From NCBI GenBank assembly GCA_963835575.1, contig CAWIGG010000002.1, positions 544,001-608,000 on the forward strand: a DNA stretch of 64,000 nt, read 5' to 3'. This document shows positions 19,385-29,894 of the stretch, one piece after another. The number at the start of each line of letters is the position of its first letter. The first letter of the stretch is position 1. Both the position numbers and the translations under genes were made by a program. The notes below the pieces were generated by a model that saw nothing but the letters and a program-made list of their open reading frames with translations, had not been told where the DNA came from and searched no databases. The stretch is from an uncultured Spirochaetota bacterium. Its GTDB lineage: Bacteria > Spirochaetota > Brevinematia > Brevinematales > JAOACQ01.

Positions 19385-20678
19385 TCATGGATTAACTTTT
19401 TCTTTAGATTCATCGTTATATTTGAGTAAGTAAAGGCTGAAACCAAGAAGAATAAAAAATGAAAATGGCGTCGGCGGAAGCCAGAAACCGCCGTCAATAA
19501 AAGAAGCCGCCAGATACGAAAATATTCCGATGTTATAAATGGAAAATTTCAATTTTTTTATAAAAGTAATCATATAAAAAATAAAAAATAAAGCAAATAA
19601 AATCCCTGAATTGATAAATATATGGGCGATTGTTATTTCATAACCGCTGGTATTAATGGGATTTTGGAAAAAAGATCCGAATAAAAATTTAAACAAGCTT
19701 TTTTCAGACCATAGATAGTTCAAATAATTTGAAATAAAAACTATTCTTTCATTGTTTATAAGGTTTCGATTCAGTAATCTTTCATTGAGTAAGCCTTTAA
19801 AAAAAGGCACAATATTAATAAAAATGATGAAGCATAATATCACGATAATCGGCGCTGCAATATATAGAATTAATTTTCTAACTTTTTTTGCATCTTTAGA
19901 TACATAAATGTCACGAAGGTTCAAACAATAAAGCAGGAAAAGAGAGAAAAACATACCGATAATAACAGTGCCCGAAGCGGTTAATAAACAAATAATGGAA
20001 TAAAGGATGAGCGATAAATAATACAGAAGTTTCCCCAAAAGTTTTCTATTAATCCTTAAAAAATAAAACGCGAACCATGAAGATCATGATATAATTCACG
20101 CCGAACAAATTGCCGTTCTGATATGTTGAGAAAAGTTTGAAATAATTAAGATTTGGGTTGAAATTGTATTTGCCCAATATTCTTAAATCTTGAGCGGAAT
20201 GAATATTGATGCCATCTGCAAAATTAAATGTAATACCTGGTATGATTGTATTATATTCGCCGAATATTTTCTGGATATAACTATAAATGGTGAGAATAAA
20301 AAAAGAAGCCAGCATAATATTTTTAAAAACCTTTAAATCCAGCGGGTAGTACTTTGCAGTGAAAATAAGAAAAATCCCGGATAAAGAAAGAAAATACGGC
20401 AAATAATTTTCTGTAAAATTACCAATGGTTATTTCTTTAATAAAGATAAAACTGAAGCAGAAAAGCAGGGAAAAAATACCGAAATAAATAAGAGTGAATT
20501 TTTCCTCTTTCTCTTTATAATTTCGAACTGTTTTATAAAATGTCAGAGGAAGAAATATTAATACAGTAAGAATTAATGAAATATATAAAGGGAAAGAACC
20601 TATCTTTGTGCCGGCTTTTGGAAGAACAAAATTCAAAAAGAGTAAAAGAATTGTTAATATTTTTATAAAATGGGCCAT
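19385..20678 (-). pseudogene. O-antigen ligase/polymerase-like polytopic membrane protein split by a frameshift near 20080
   Basis: The two hydrophobic ORFs join if one base is removed from ATCTTCATGG (giving SWFAFYFLRINRKLLGK). STYQNGNLFG motif; AT-rich. Confidence 0.55.
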
Positions 20679-20817
20679 ACTTTTTTACCTTTATCAAGTA
20701 GAAACAGCATATTTTAACATTAATGAGTTAAATAATCAAAGAATCAAAAGACCTTCTTGCATTTAGGATTTTGAATTTGATTAATTATCATTATTTGATT
20801 CATCTTATAGGATTTAT

Positions 20818-20854
20818 TGGCAGTCCCAAAAACCTTAGTCCTTGGAACTGCCAT
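20818..20854 (-). terminator. Probable terminator hairpin after ahcY
   Basis: TGGCAGTCCCAA...TTGGAACTGCCA inverted repeat adjacent to the stop; weak U-tract. Confidence 0.55.
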
Positions 20855-20857
20855 TAA

Positions 20858-22258
20858 TTAATAACGGTAATGTTCGGGTTTATAAGGACCTTCAGTACTT
20901 ACGCCGATATAATCCGCCTGCAATTTTGATAATTTTGTCAATTTAACGCCGATTTTTTCGAGATGCAGGCGTGCGACTTCCTCGTCCAGCTGTTTTGAAA
21001 GGCGGTAAACCCCGACTTTATTATTATCTTTATTTTTCCAGAGATCAATCTGTGCCAGTGTCTGATTTGTAAATGAATTCGACATCACAAAAGAGGGGTG
21101 GCCTTTTGCGCAGCCGAGGTTTACAAGCCTGCCTTCGGCCAGAAGATAGATGCAGTGACCGTCGGGAAAGATGTATTTATCTACTTGCGGTTTGATATTC
21201 ACTGTTTTTATTCCTTTATAAGCATTCAATTCCGCTACCTGTATTTCATTATCAAAATGACCGATATTGCAGACGATGGCCTGGTCCTTCATTTTTTTCA
21301 TATGTTCAATAGTTATGATATCCCGGTTCCCGGTTGCGGTGACATAAATATCGCCGATACCGAGGGTGTCTTCCACGGTTTTTACTTCATAACCTTCCAT
21401 GGCAGCCTGAAGAGCGCAGATCGGGTCTATTTCTGTGACGATGACCCTCGCGCCGAATCCCCTGAGCGATTTGGCAGAGCCTTTGCCTACGTCGCCATAA
21501 CCGCATACAACAGCCACTTTACCGGCGATCATTACATCCGTTGCTCTTTTTATGCCGTCAGATAAAGATTCACGGCAGCCGTAAAGATTATCGAATTTCG
21601 ATTTTGTGACAGAATCGTTGACATTTATCGCCGGAACCAGAAGTTCTCCCTTTTCCATCATCTGGTACAGCCTATGAACTCCTGTTGTTGTTTCTTCTGA
21701 AACGCCCTTCCAGTCCTTAACGGCATTCTGCCAGAATGAGGGTTCTTCCTTCTGTATATTTCTAAGAAGTTCAATAATAATAGCTTCTTCCTTATTTTCC
21801 GGCTTTTTGTTGAGTATAGAAGGGTCATTTTCAGCAGAATAACCTTTGTGGATCAGGAGCGTTGCGTCCCCGCCGTCGTCTACAACAAGCTGAGGGCCTT
21901 TTCCACCCGGAAACGTTAAAGCCTGTTTTGTGCACCACCAATATTCCTCAAGTGTTTCACCCTTCCAGGCAAATACTGATACGCCGGCTTTTGCAACAGC
22001 AGCAGCGGCCTGGTCCTGAGTGGAAAAAATGTTGCAGCTGGCCCATCGGACCTGCGCGCCCAGATTGACAAGTGTTTCAATCAGCACGGCTGTTTGAACT
22101 GTCATATGGAGCGAACCGCTGATGCGGACACCCTGCAGCGGTTTTTCTTTTGAGTATTTTTCACGCACAGATATAAGTCCCGGCATTTCCTTTTCTGCCA
22201 CTTCAATTTCTTTGCGGCCCCAGTCAGCGAGTGAAATATCTTTAACCTTATAGTCCAT
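20858..22258 (-). CDS. ahcY: Adenosylhomocysteinase
   Basis: [58 protein letters not shown]. Confidence 0.98.
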   Translation of the reverse strand: MDYKVKDISLADWGRKEIEVAEKEMPGLISVREKYSKEKPLQGVRISGSLHMTVQTAVLIETLVNLGAQVRWASCNIFSTQDQAAAAVAKAGVSVFAWKGETLEEYWWCTKQALTFPGGKGPQLVVDDGGDATLLIHKGYSAENDPSILNKKPENKEEAIIIELLRNIQKEEPSFWQNAVKDWKGVSEETTTGVHRLYQMMEKGELLVPAINVNDSVTKSKFDNLYGCRESLSDGIKRATDVMIAGKVAVVCGYGDVGKGSAKSLRGFGARVIVTEIDPICALQAAMEGYEVKTVEDTLGIGDIYVTATGNRDIITIEHMKKMKDQAIVCNIGHFDNEIQVAELNAYKGIKTVNIKPQVDKYIFPDGHCIYLLAEGRLVNLGCAKGHPSFVMSNSFTNQTLAQIDLWKNKDNNKVGVYRLSKQLDEEVARLHLEKIGVKLTKLSKLQADYIGVSTEGPYKPEHYRY

Positions 22259-22279
22259 ATTGATGCCTCCTTTATTTTA

Positions 22280-23188
22280 TTATACTTTCATTGCAACAAA
22301 AACATTCAGTTTTAAATCCTGATTCAAAGGAAACTGCTCAAAACCGGTCAATTTAAAACCGGATTTCTCAAACCATGTTTGTATTTCCTCTTTTTTAAAA
22401 CCCAGCCACCTGTCGCCGTATTTTGTCCGCATCATTTCATTTTCATGTTTATCAAGCTCGGTTATGATAAATATCCCTTTTTTATATAAAACCCTGTTTA
22501 CCTCAAAGAATGATGTTTCAGGCTCGGCCAGATGATGCAGTGCCATATTCAGAACTGCAGTATTTGTCTCATTGTCTTTTAATGGAAGATGTTCCATTTC
22601 TCCGATGCGTATATCCACCCTGGAATTATTATTTAAAAAACGCCTCCGTGCTTCCTCCAGCATACGGGGAGAATTATCAACTCCGATAATTTTTTCAGCT
22701 TTATCCAGTAAATGTATAATAAGATCACCAGTTCCACAGCCCAGATCAACGGCAACAATGCATTTTTCTATTTTGCTTAATATGATTGTGGAGGTATCTA
22801 AACTGCCGAATATATTGCGCTTTAATAAATCCCAATCCTCAGCAACGCTGTTAAAGAAACCTTTTGTCTCTTCTTTATATTTATTCAACAAACCCTTTGC
22901 TGAAATAATATCATTAATAAATACAGATTCATCTTCCAGATTGTTTTTAATTGCGTCAATTATTTCGCCGCTTTTTAGAACCGCTGAATAATAGACCCAG
23001 AGGCCGTCCCTCCGGAAAATAACAAGCCCGCTTTCGTAGAGAATTTTAAGATGACGGGAAACACGGGATTGACCCATATTAAGAATAATCATAATATCGT
23101 TGACATTAAGTTCATGAAAGAGCAGAAGATTAAAAATCCTCAGTCTTGTTTCATCAGATAATGCTTTTAATATTTTTAATATTTCCAT
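22280..23188 (-). CDS. sahR: ArsR-HTH + class I methyltransferase-domain regulator (SahR type)
   Basis: LKALSDETRLRI, QSRVSRHLKIL, RRDGLWVYY, VDLGCGTG, DRWLGF; directly upstream of ahcY. Confidence 0.85.
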   Translation of the reverse strand: MEILKILKALSDETRLRIFNLLLFHELNVNDIMIILNMGQSRVSRHLKILYESGLVIFRRDGLWVYYSAVLKSGEIIDAIKNNLEDESVFINDIISAKGLLNKYKEETKGFFNSVAEDWDLLKRNIFGSLDTSTIILSKIEKCIVAVDLGCGTGDLIIHLLDKAEKIIGVDNSPRMLEEARRRFLNNNSRVDIRIGEMEHLPLKDNETNTAVLNMALHHLAEPETSFFEVNRVLYKKGIFIITELDKHENEMMRTKYGDRWLGFKKEEIQTWFEKSGFKLTGFEQFPLNQDLKLNVFVAMKV

Positions 23189-23198
23189 AATATATCAC

Positions 23199-23220
23199 TA
23201 TATCAACATATCCTGATATA
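23199..23220. promoter_or_regulatory. SahR-type operator palindrome
   Basis: TATATCA-N8-TGATATA overlapping the predicted transcription start of sahR-ahcY. Confidence 0.8.
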
Positions 23221-23248
23221 TTATATAGTCAAAATTTTAACTTGTCAA
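23220..23248 (-). promoter_or_regulatory. Sigma70 promoter of sahR-ahcY
   Basis: TTGACA-N17-TATAAT, perfect consensus on the minus strand. Confidence 0.85.
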
Positions 23249-23303
23249 ATCTGTCATAAAATATTATTTCTCTATGATATCCGGGATCTGGCTGTGATAA
23301 AAC

Positions 23304-24608
23304 TTATCTATATACTTCAACTTGGTCAAAATAGAGACTGTAATCACCGAGCCTTCCGCCTTCTTCAATGCCGACGCTGCAGAGCCTTATCTCTCTGATT
23401 GGAAAATCCATAATTCTATTATAAACAGCGCCGTAAGGGCTATAGAGGCGGGTCCTTCTCATCTTTTCAAAAGGAATAGTAATCCTTTTCCAGCCGTCCC
23501 AGCCTCCACTAACACGATAAAAAAAGACTTCGCCGCCCGCATCGATAACATACAAAACATAATTTTTATATTTTAAATTACCGGCAACCCACATACTAAG
23601 TGCCTTGTATCCTTCCCAGGAACCCTGCTTTGGTGTAAGTTTAAGGCCGGCTCCTCCAGAATTACCTTCAACACTTATGGTTACAGAAAGTGCCTTTTTC
23701 CCTTCTTTAATATTTAGATTAGGAAGATTATTAATTATTGAATATGTTACTGAATCTACTGTCCAGCTATAAGAAAATACAACGACTTTTTGTGAAGGGT
23801 TGTCCTCAAAACCGGTAATTAAAATGCTATTTGTCATAAAACCGATATTTGTTGTTTCACCAGCCTTTAATTGGCATGTATTATTTAATACTGTAACATC
23901 GTCGCTTAATCGATGGAGCCTGATTTTATATTCTGTGTCGGAAAGGATTTTTGTGTTCAAAGAAAAACTGCTGTTCGACGGTTTAGCGACCAACCTGTCA
24001 TTAATATAGAGTTCGTATTCCTCCGGGGCGATTTTGAAATTGCCGAAATTGAGAAAAGCGATTCTCTTATCTTCCTTCAGAATTGCTTTTACTATTTTTG
24101 AAGATATATCATCTATTGAATCAAATATTTCTTCATCGGTTGGGATTTTATAATCGTTTGATATGACGCTTTTTGTGATTTTACTCCATATAAAAAGATG
24201 AACAGTGGCTTCAGGGCTGGATAAACTTCCTTCCAGCATATAACTCCCATAAACAATGAAATCCGCGTTATATCTCTCTGCAATATCAGAAGGATTAAGA
24301 TTATTTATTTCTTGAAGCTCTGATTTATCCGGAACCTCAAGAGTGGGAAGAATGGATAGAAAGCTGTAAAAAGCGTTGAAAAGTATTGTTTTTAGAAGAT
24401 CGGGTTTTTTAAACTTTGTTTTCGAAGAGATATATTCAAAAGGAAAAATAACCGCTTTATATTTTTTTATTTCCACGATTTTTGTTTCTTCTTCTTCAAT
24501 TGCAAAATACTTGTTTTCATCTTTTACAGCGCTGCCGCCGGAACAGGAAAAGATCATTAAAATGCAGAATAAAGATGATAATACAATAATAGTATTTTTA
24601 AAAAACAT
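23304..24608 (-). CDS. Putative lipoprotein with a C-terminal galactose-binding-like (CBM11/CIA30-like) domain
   Basis: Signal peptide ending IFSC. C-terminus WEGYKALSMWVAG, GWKRITIPF, LYFDQVEVY. Confidence 0.6.
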   Translation of the reverse strand: MFFKNTIIVLSSLFCILMIFSCSGGSAVKDENKYFAIEEEETKIVEIKKYKAVIFPFEYISSKTKFKKPDLLKTILFNAFYSFLSILPTLEVPDKSELQEINNLNPSDIAERYNADFIVYGSYMLEGSLSSPEATVHLFIWSKITKSVISNDYKIPTDEEIFDSIDDISSKIVKAILKEDKRIAFLNFGNFKIAPEEYELYINDRLVAKPSNSSFSLNTKILSDTEYKIRLHRLSDDVTVLNNTCQLKAGETTNIGFMTNSILITGFEDNPSQKVVVFSYSWTVDSVTYSIINNLPNLNIKEGKKALSVTISVEGNSGGAGLKLTPKQGSWEGYKALSMWVAGNLKYKNYVLYVIDAGGEVFFYRVSGGWDGWKRITIPFEKMRRTRLYSPYGAVYNRIMDFPIREIRLCSVGIEEGGRLGDYSLYFDQVEVYR

Positions 24609-24761
24609 AAAAACATCCTCCATTTGCAGTTTAGTACAATATTATAATAATTATCGTCAATATATATCTCATTTAAAAAGTATTAAAATAGATTTGTAAT
24701 ATTGATTTTATAATAAATGTTGTTTAAAATATTTAAAATTTTGATTGATAGGACGGTATTT

Positions 24762-25568
24762 ATGGGAAGAATCTTCACAACATTTTCATTGATGTTTATC
24801 ATGATTTTCATCAGTATTCCGCAATTAATATCTCAGGAAACAAATTCTGATAATTCCTTTTATTTCATACAGATAACTGATACACACCTGGGAGAAAATC
24901 AGAACGATCAAAATTTTGAAAAGATTATTTCAAAAATAAACAACCTGCCGATGAAAATTGAATTGATCGTTCATACGGGTGATATTATATCTGAACAAAT
25001 TATGGATAATGTCACGAAAAAAAAGATTGCCGGTGAACTGAAGAAATTAAAATTTCCTGTTTATTTTGTGCCGGGCAATCATGATATTAACGATAATAAC
25101 AGAGAGGCGTCATTAACAGCTTATACAAATATTTTCAGTTCATTGAATTATACGGTTGATTGCAGAGGCGTCGTTTTCATTTTCCTCTATTCGGAGCCGA
25201 TCCGGCTTTCTTTTAAAATAGCCGGTTATAAGCCGATGGAATGGCTTTCCAATACTCTCATGAAAAATAAGGATAAACCGGCAATTATATGCTTTCATGC
25301 CCCGATGACAGAGGATTTTTATAATAATTCCGGCCACAAAGGCTGGACGGGAAATTCGAAAGAAGAATGGGAAAATTTAATTGGAAATTACGGTAATATT
25401 AAAGCTATTTTGAACGGCCATTTTCACAGGGATGAGCTTCACTGGACCGTTGGAATACCAGTATATGTTTGTGAGTCCGTTGCAAACTATTGGAACAGGC
25501 AGCCGGCTTTCAGAATCTATCACTACATTAACGGTCGGTTGGATTATACAACACAATATCTGGAATAG
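24762..25568 (+). CDS. Calcineurin-like metallophosphoesterase, secreted
   Basis: DTH, HTGDI, PGNHD, FHAP, GHFH motifs. Confidence 0.88.
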   Translation: MGRIFTTFSLMFIMIFISIPQLISQETNSDNSFYFIQITDTHLGENQNDQNFEKIISKINNLPMKIELIVHTGDIISEQIMDNVTKKKIAGELKKLKFPVYFVPGNHDINDNNREASLTAYTNIFSSLNYTVDCRGVVFIFLYSEPIRLSFKIAGYKPMEWLSNTLMKNKDKPAIICFHAPMTEDFYNNSGHKGWTGNSKEEWENLIGNYGNIKAILNGHFHRDELHWTVGIPVYVCESVANYWNRQPAFRIYHYINGRLDYTTQYLE

Positions 25569-25814
25569 AAACAGGAGTTTCCGTAATATATCAACTTTAA
25601 TAAAATTATAATATAGAATTATTTATTCCATTATATCTATTCTTTATTTCGATGTAAAAGGGTTTGAAAAGAAGAGTGACTTTTTATCAGCCGGGTTTAA
25701 AAAAACCGCTCGATCCCGGGTTTAAATAAATATCTCATGTTTGTCATATTATGATGGTATTGTTATAATTACTGCTAAATTTAATTAAATGCATATTTAA
25801 CAGGAGCTTATATT

Positions 25815-26477
25815 ATGAGGGTAATATTATTAGCATGCTGGATGATGCTTTGTATGCTTGATGCTTTTACTCAAACGCTCTCTTATCAGACTGTAAAAGA
25901 TAATGATAATAGCAATATATCTTATCATGATGTTGTCATAAATGAAGCGGACGGTAATTATTCTGTAACAACATATTTCCCGAATGAATCCTGGGAATTT
26001 ATCCTGAGCCCTGTTTTTTCAACGATTGAGTGGAAATATTCAAATCCCGATATGGGAGTGGATGTTAAGGCTGTGAAAACATCTAATATTATTTCTATAA
26101 AGGGCATCAATAAAAATGAGAAGTATGCAAAGCAGGTCAAACTAGGTACTGATCCCTGGCTTCAGCAATGGGATCTTGGGCTGAAAAGTTTTGTTATTTC
26201 TGCGGATAAGAGAATTGTATTCTATTCATTTAATCCAATGGATGTTTCGATTTTTGGAAGATTTGAAGCGAATAAATTGGGTATGGAAAAGATCACTGTA
26301 AACGGCGCTGTTTTTGAAGCTCAGCATGTTCGGATTAATCTGGAAGGTTTGTTTTCCGTGTTCTGGCATGGGGACTATTATTTCAGGCCGGACAACGGCC
26401 GTTTTATTCTCTATCTGGGGAAAACAGGGCCTGCTGATTCCTCGGCAAGGGTAGAGCTGATTGGCGAAAAGGAATAG
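25815..26477 (+). CDS. Hypothetical secreted protein
   Basis: 220 aa ORF with AGGAG RBS and signal-peptide-like N-terminus. Confidence 0.7.
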   Translation: MRVILLACWMMLCMLDAFTQTLSYQTVKDNDNSNISYHDVVINEADGNYSVTTYFPNESWEFILSPVFSTIEWKYSNPDMGVDVKAVKTSNIISIKGINKNEKYAKQVKLGTDPWLQQWDLGLKSFVISADKRIVFYSFNPMDVSIFGRFEANKLGMEKITVNGAVFEAQHVRINLEGLFSVFWHGDYYFRPDNGRFILYLGKTGPADSSARVELIGEKE

Positions 26478-26519
26478 AGAAAACACTTTATAATTTTATT
26501 TTGCAGAAGAGGTTCTTTA

Positions 26520-26928
26520 TTAAGCTGCCGTTTTCAAAGCAAAACCAAAAAATATTCCGATAATGATCATCCCGGCCAATCCTGTAAATAGATCATACAA
26601 AAGAGTGCTGAGCGGAATATTGTACATGATCCAGCTTGAAGCGGCAGACATTACAATGCTGAAAAACCGGCATAGTTAAGAAAAGATCTGTCCTTTTAAT
26701 AAACCGTTGCCGCCGGGCAGGCTTTTATAGAGGATGAGGAATATTCCCGCCATAATAAAACTGTAAATCAGGCCAATCACTATTCCGGCCGGGACATTGA
26801 CAGATGTTCTGGCGATCGGTTTATAAGCCCTCATAGAGTTTAACGGCAATCGGATTTGCTTGAATGACGCTGTCGAGAATTCCGAAAACAAGCCCGGCAA
26901 TGATGCTTTTAATGATATAATTTATCAT
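26520..26928 (-). pseudogene. Degraded small membrane protein gene (frameshift plus in-frame stop)
   Basis: MINYIIKSIIAGLVFGILD...KLYE, frameshift near 26830, AYKPIARTSVNVPAG...KGQIFS*, then continues LCRFFSIVMSAASSWIMYNIP...KTAA*. Confidence 0.6.
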
Positions 26929-26989
26929 TTTTTTGCATCCTTGTTTTTTACACAATTATAACAATCTGTGTATGACTGATTTTTAAAGC

Positions 26990-27925
26990 CTATTTTATTT
27001 TCAGATAAGCCGGACCGTATGGATTATAGATAAATTTAAGCGCCGAGGGAATAATTTTCACATCAAATCGGGAGAAATAGATCATTTCTCCGTCAATATG
27101 CGAAGGGACTTCTTCCTCAAATTCAAGACAAATTTCTTTGGCCTGAAAATACTCGACCACCTTATCATAAATATGCATTCCCTTCTTAACGGCCAGCATT
27201 TCTTTTAGTCTGATTGGGATAGGGATTTCCTGTATCAGGCAGATATCAAAGAATCCGTCATTGGCAACGGCTTTTGGAGTGAGAAAATAACCCGCTCCCA
27301 GTCTTCTGCCGTTGCCGATGGTTGTCAGGAAACAATGGCCGTCCCGCCATTTATCGCCGGTTTTAAAACGCATTTTTTTCGCTTTATAAAAGAAAAGGTT
27401 CTTAAGGATATGCCATGTATAGTTATATTTTAAAAATGAAAACGGGCTTTTTTTTGTGTCATGAATTTTATGGTTTTCCCAGGCCACCTGGGCATCGAAA
27501 CCGACACCCATGCCGTTGATAAAATACTTTTCATTACACTTCCCGGCATCGAGAGATATAGTGTTCATCTCAAAAAATATTCTCCAGTCATCATCGGTAA
27601 AACGCTCTGAAAAACCAAGAACGGGAATAAAGTCGTTGCCTGTTCCGGTCGGGATTGTCCCGATGGTAATATCTTTTTTATTCACCAGGCTCTGTATAGC
27701 TTCATTATAAGTACCGTCGCCCCCCACAAGGATGATGTTTTTCAATCCTTTTTTTGCATACTCAGCCGCTATTTCGGTTGCATGTCCTGTTCCAAGAGTA
27801 TAACGGATTTCAGCGTCTATACCATGGATTTTAATCATTTTTTCGACAGTCTGAGCGTAAGTGCGTCCGAAGCCATGGCCTGAATTCGGGTTGATGATAA
27901 ATCCAAATTCTTTCTTTCTCGGCAT
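26990..27925 (-). CDS. Diacylglycerol/lipid kinase family protein (DagK/YegS-like)
   Basis: INPNSG, GGDGT, IPTGTGNDF, GVGFDA, HIDGE. Confidence 0.9.
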   Translation of the reverse strand: MPRKKEFGFIINPNSGHGFGRTYAQTVEKMIKIHGIDAEIRYTLGTGHATEIAAEYAKKGLKNIILVGGDGTYNEAIQSLVNKKDITIGTIPTGTGNDFIPVLGFSERFTDDDWRIFFEMNTISLDAGKCNEKYFINGMGVGFDAQVAWENHKIHDTKKSPFSFLKYNYTWHILKNLFFYKAKKMRFKTGDKWRDGHCFLTTIGNGRRLGAGYFLTPKAVANDGFFDICLIQEIPIPIRLKEMLAVKKGMHIYDKVVEYFQAKEICLEFEEEVPSHIDGEMIYFSRFDVKIIPSALKFIYNPYGPAYLKIK

Positions 27926-28705
27926 TCAAACCTCCTTTTCATGCTTTATCAATGTATTCCATTTTGAATAATAGGGTGCATCTTTACATCGGCAGCCGTT
28001 TTCAATTATCGCTTTAATTTGAGATATGATTTCCTGATCGCTTTTATGGATCAATGACTTATTTTTGATCGGAGGGTGGATGATCACTTCGAGCTTTTCA
28101 TCAGGGTCCAGGAACAGGCGGCGGGTTTTCGGCTTAAGCTCAAAAAGGCCGTTCAGCGTGACCGGGAGAACATCCAGCCGGCTGTTTTTCAAGATGGTGA
28201 GAAAACCCCTCTTGAAATCCTGTACACTTCCATCAATAGTCCTTGTTCCCTCCGGGAAAATTCCGATTGTCTTGCCCAGTTTAGCGATACGGACAGCAGT
28301 TTCAATGGATTGCCTTGATTTTTTTATACTTTTTGTAAAAATCGGTAAATAGCCCCACTTTTTTAAAAAAGTCCCGAAAAGCGGTATTTTAATGAGATAT
28401 TCTTTTCCGATCCAATAAATTTCGGGCATAAAAGCCATTACGGCCATAATATCGAATAAACTTGTATGATTTGCCAGAAGAAGGTATGGCTTGCCTTTTT
28501 CTATATTTTCCATACCTTTGATGATGAGCCTTTTGCCGGCGCATAAAAAAATGAGGCGGCACCAGAACCGTGCAATTTTCCGCACCGCATGTCTTAAGCC
28601 GGTATAAGCGAAAAGGAGAGCTGGAGGTAAAAGCAGAACTGTGGAAAGAAAGCCGAAAATATAAAAAGAAAATGTGGACAGGATAATTTTTATATTTTTT
28701 ATCAT
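27926..28705 (-). CDS. plsC: 1-acyl-sn-glycerol-3-phosphate acyltransferase
   Basis: NHTSLFD (HX4D), FPEGTRT, FKRG. Confidence 0.88.
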   Translation of the reverse strand: MIKNIKIILSTFSFYIFGFLSTVLLLPPALLFAYTGLRHAVRKIARFWCRLIFLCAGKRLIIKGMENIEKGKPYLLLANHTSLFDIMAVMAFMPEIYWIGKEYLIKIPLFGTFLKKWGYLPIFTKSIKKSRQSIETAVRIAKLGKTIGIFPEGTRTIDGSVQDFKRGFLTILKNSRLDVLPVTLNGLFELKPKTRRLFLDPDEKLEVIIHPPIKNKSLIHKSDQEIISQIKAIIENGCRCKDAPYYSKWNTLIKHEKEV

Positions 28706-28715
28706 CCACTCCCCT

Positions 28716-29630
28716 TTATCCGATTTCTACGATTGTCGCCCCTCTTCCCCCTAGATACGGCGGCGCGTCGTAGAAATCCTTAATCCCCCGGCTTTTTGAT
28801 AATATGCTTCTGACGATTTCCCTCTGTACACCTCTGCCTTTTCCATGAATAATACGGATCGATGTATATCCTTTTTCCCGAGCGAATTTTAAATAATCCG
28901 TCACAAGCGGGCGGATTTCCTCCGGTGAAAAAGTATGAAGATCAAGCTCTTCGGTTAATTCTACATTAACAATTTGATTTAGTCCATTTATTTCAATAAT
29001 ATCCGAAGGATTGTTTAAGATATATTCCGGCTTTTGAGACAGGTCTTTTTCATCAAAAAAGCCCCATGAGCAGAAGGCGAAATCAATCCCGCAGTTTGCG
29101 GCAAAATCTCCGTCAACAGGGCTGTCCCCGATCATCAGAACATCGCCCGGATCGAGATTTTTTCCTTCATGTTTATAGTAAGCGATAATTTTATCAAAGG
29201 ATTCGCGGTGAGGTTTGATGTTTTTTACATCTTGCTCTGTGATAATGCAGTCAAAATAATTCTCAATTTCAGCCGCCTGCAGTGAAAGCAGAGTGCCTTT
29301 CTGTCCTTTGTTAGTGGCAATAGCAAGAAGGAGCTTATTCTTCAGACTGTTGAGCAGATCTCTGATGCCGTTAAAAAGCTTCTGGTATTTTGATATATAT
29401 TCAAAATAGTATTGACGGTAAATTTGAAGGATCTTTTCTTCATTGTCCTGAATGCCGAATTTCTGCAGAGTTGAATTCAGAGATTCAAGGCCGATGAATT
29501 TTTCACTAATCTCATAATCATGCGGGTCTTTACCGAAATAAATCAGAGTATCATTTATGGATTTAAATATGGCTTCCCGACTGTCAAGAAGAGTCCCGTC
29601 CAGGTCGAAGATATTAAGCAGATATCTCAT
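28716..29630 (-). CDS. HAD-family phosphatase (Gph-like) fused to a C-terminal Smr domain
   Basis: FDLDGTLLDS, ATNK, KPH, MIGDSPVD; then LDLHTF, IIHGKGRG, GGRGATIV. Confidence 0.85.
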   Translation of the reverse strand: MRYLLNIFDLDGTLLDSREAIFKSINDTLIYFGKDPHDYEISEKFIGLESLNSTLQKFGIQDNEEKILQIYRQYYFEYISKYQKLFNGIRDLLNSLKNKLLLAIATNKGQKGTLLSLQAAEIENYFDCIITEQDVKNIKPHRESFDKIIAYYKHEGKNLDPGDVLMIGDSPVDGDFAANCGIDFAFCSWGFFDEKDLSQKPEYILNNPSDIIEINGLNQIVNVELTEELDLHTFSPEEIRPLVTDYLKFAREKGYTSIRIIHGKGRGVQREIVRSILSKSRGIKDFYDAPPYLGGRGATIVEIG

Positions 29631-29738
29631 TTTTCCCCGCTTGGATTGATTTTTAAAAAAGATTAAAACTTTTCTTAACTTCTGATATTCTATATAATAT
29701 ATGATTGATTGTAAAGCTATTTTAAAAATTTAATAAAG

Positions 29739-29809
29739 GCATTTCCATCCCTCACTAGTTTGTCAGGCTGAACTTGAGTGGCAATCAAACTGGTGAGGGA
29801 TGGAAATGT
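29739..29809. repeat. REP/MITE-like long palindrome, copy 2
   Basis: 23-bp arms CATTTCCATCCCTCACTAGTTTG / CAAACTGGTGAGGGATGGAAATG with one G-T pair. Confidence 0.75.
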
Positions 29810-29894
29810 ATAAAATCTTAAACTGGAAGAATAAGATGTTCTAAATTCCTTAATATTTTGTCGGTTTATTAAATTTCAAATAAAGGAGTGTTTT

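Noticed and set aside
22259..23300. SAM/SAH riboswitch for ahcY
   Set aside because: Leaders are too short and lack riboswitch motifs; the SahR operator explains regulation.
25688..25728. CCGGGTTTAAA direct repeat
   Set aside because: Only two short copies, with no supporting structure or regulator context.
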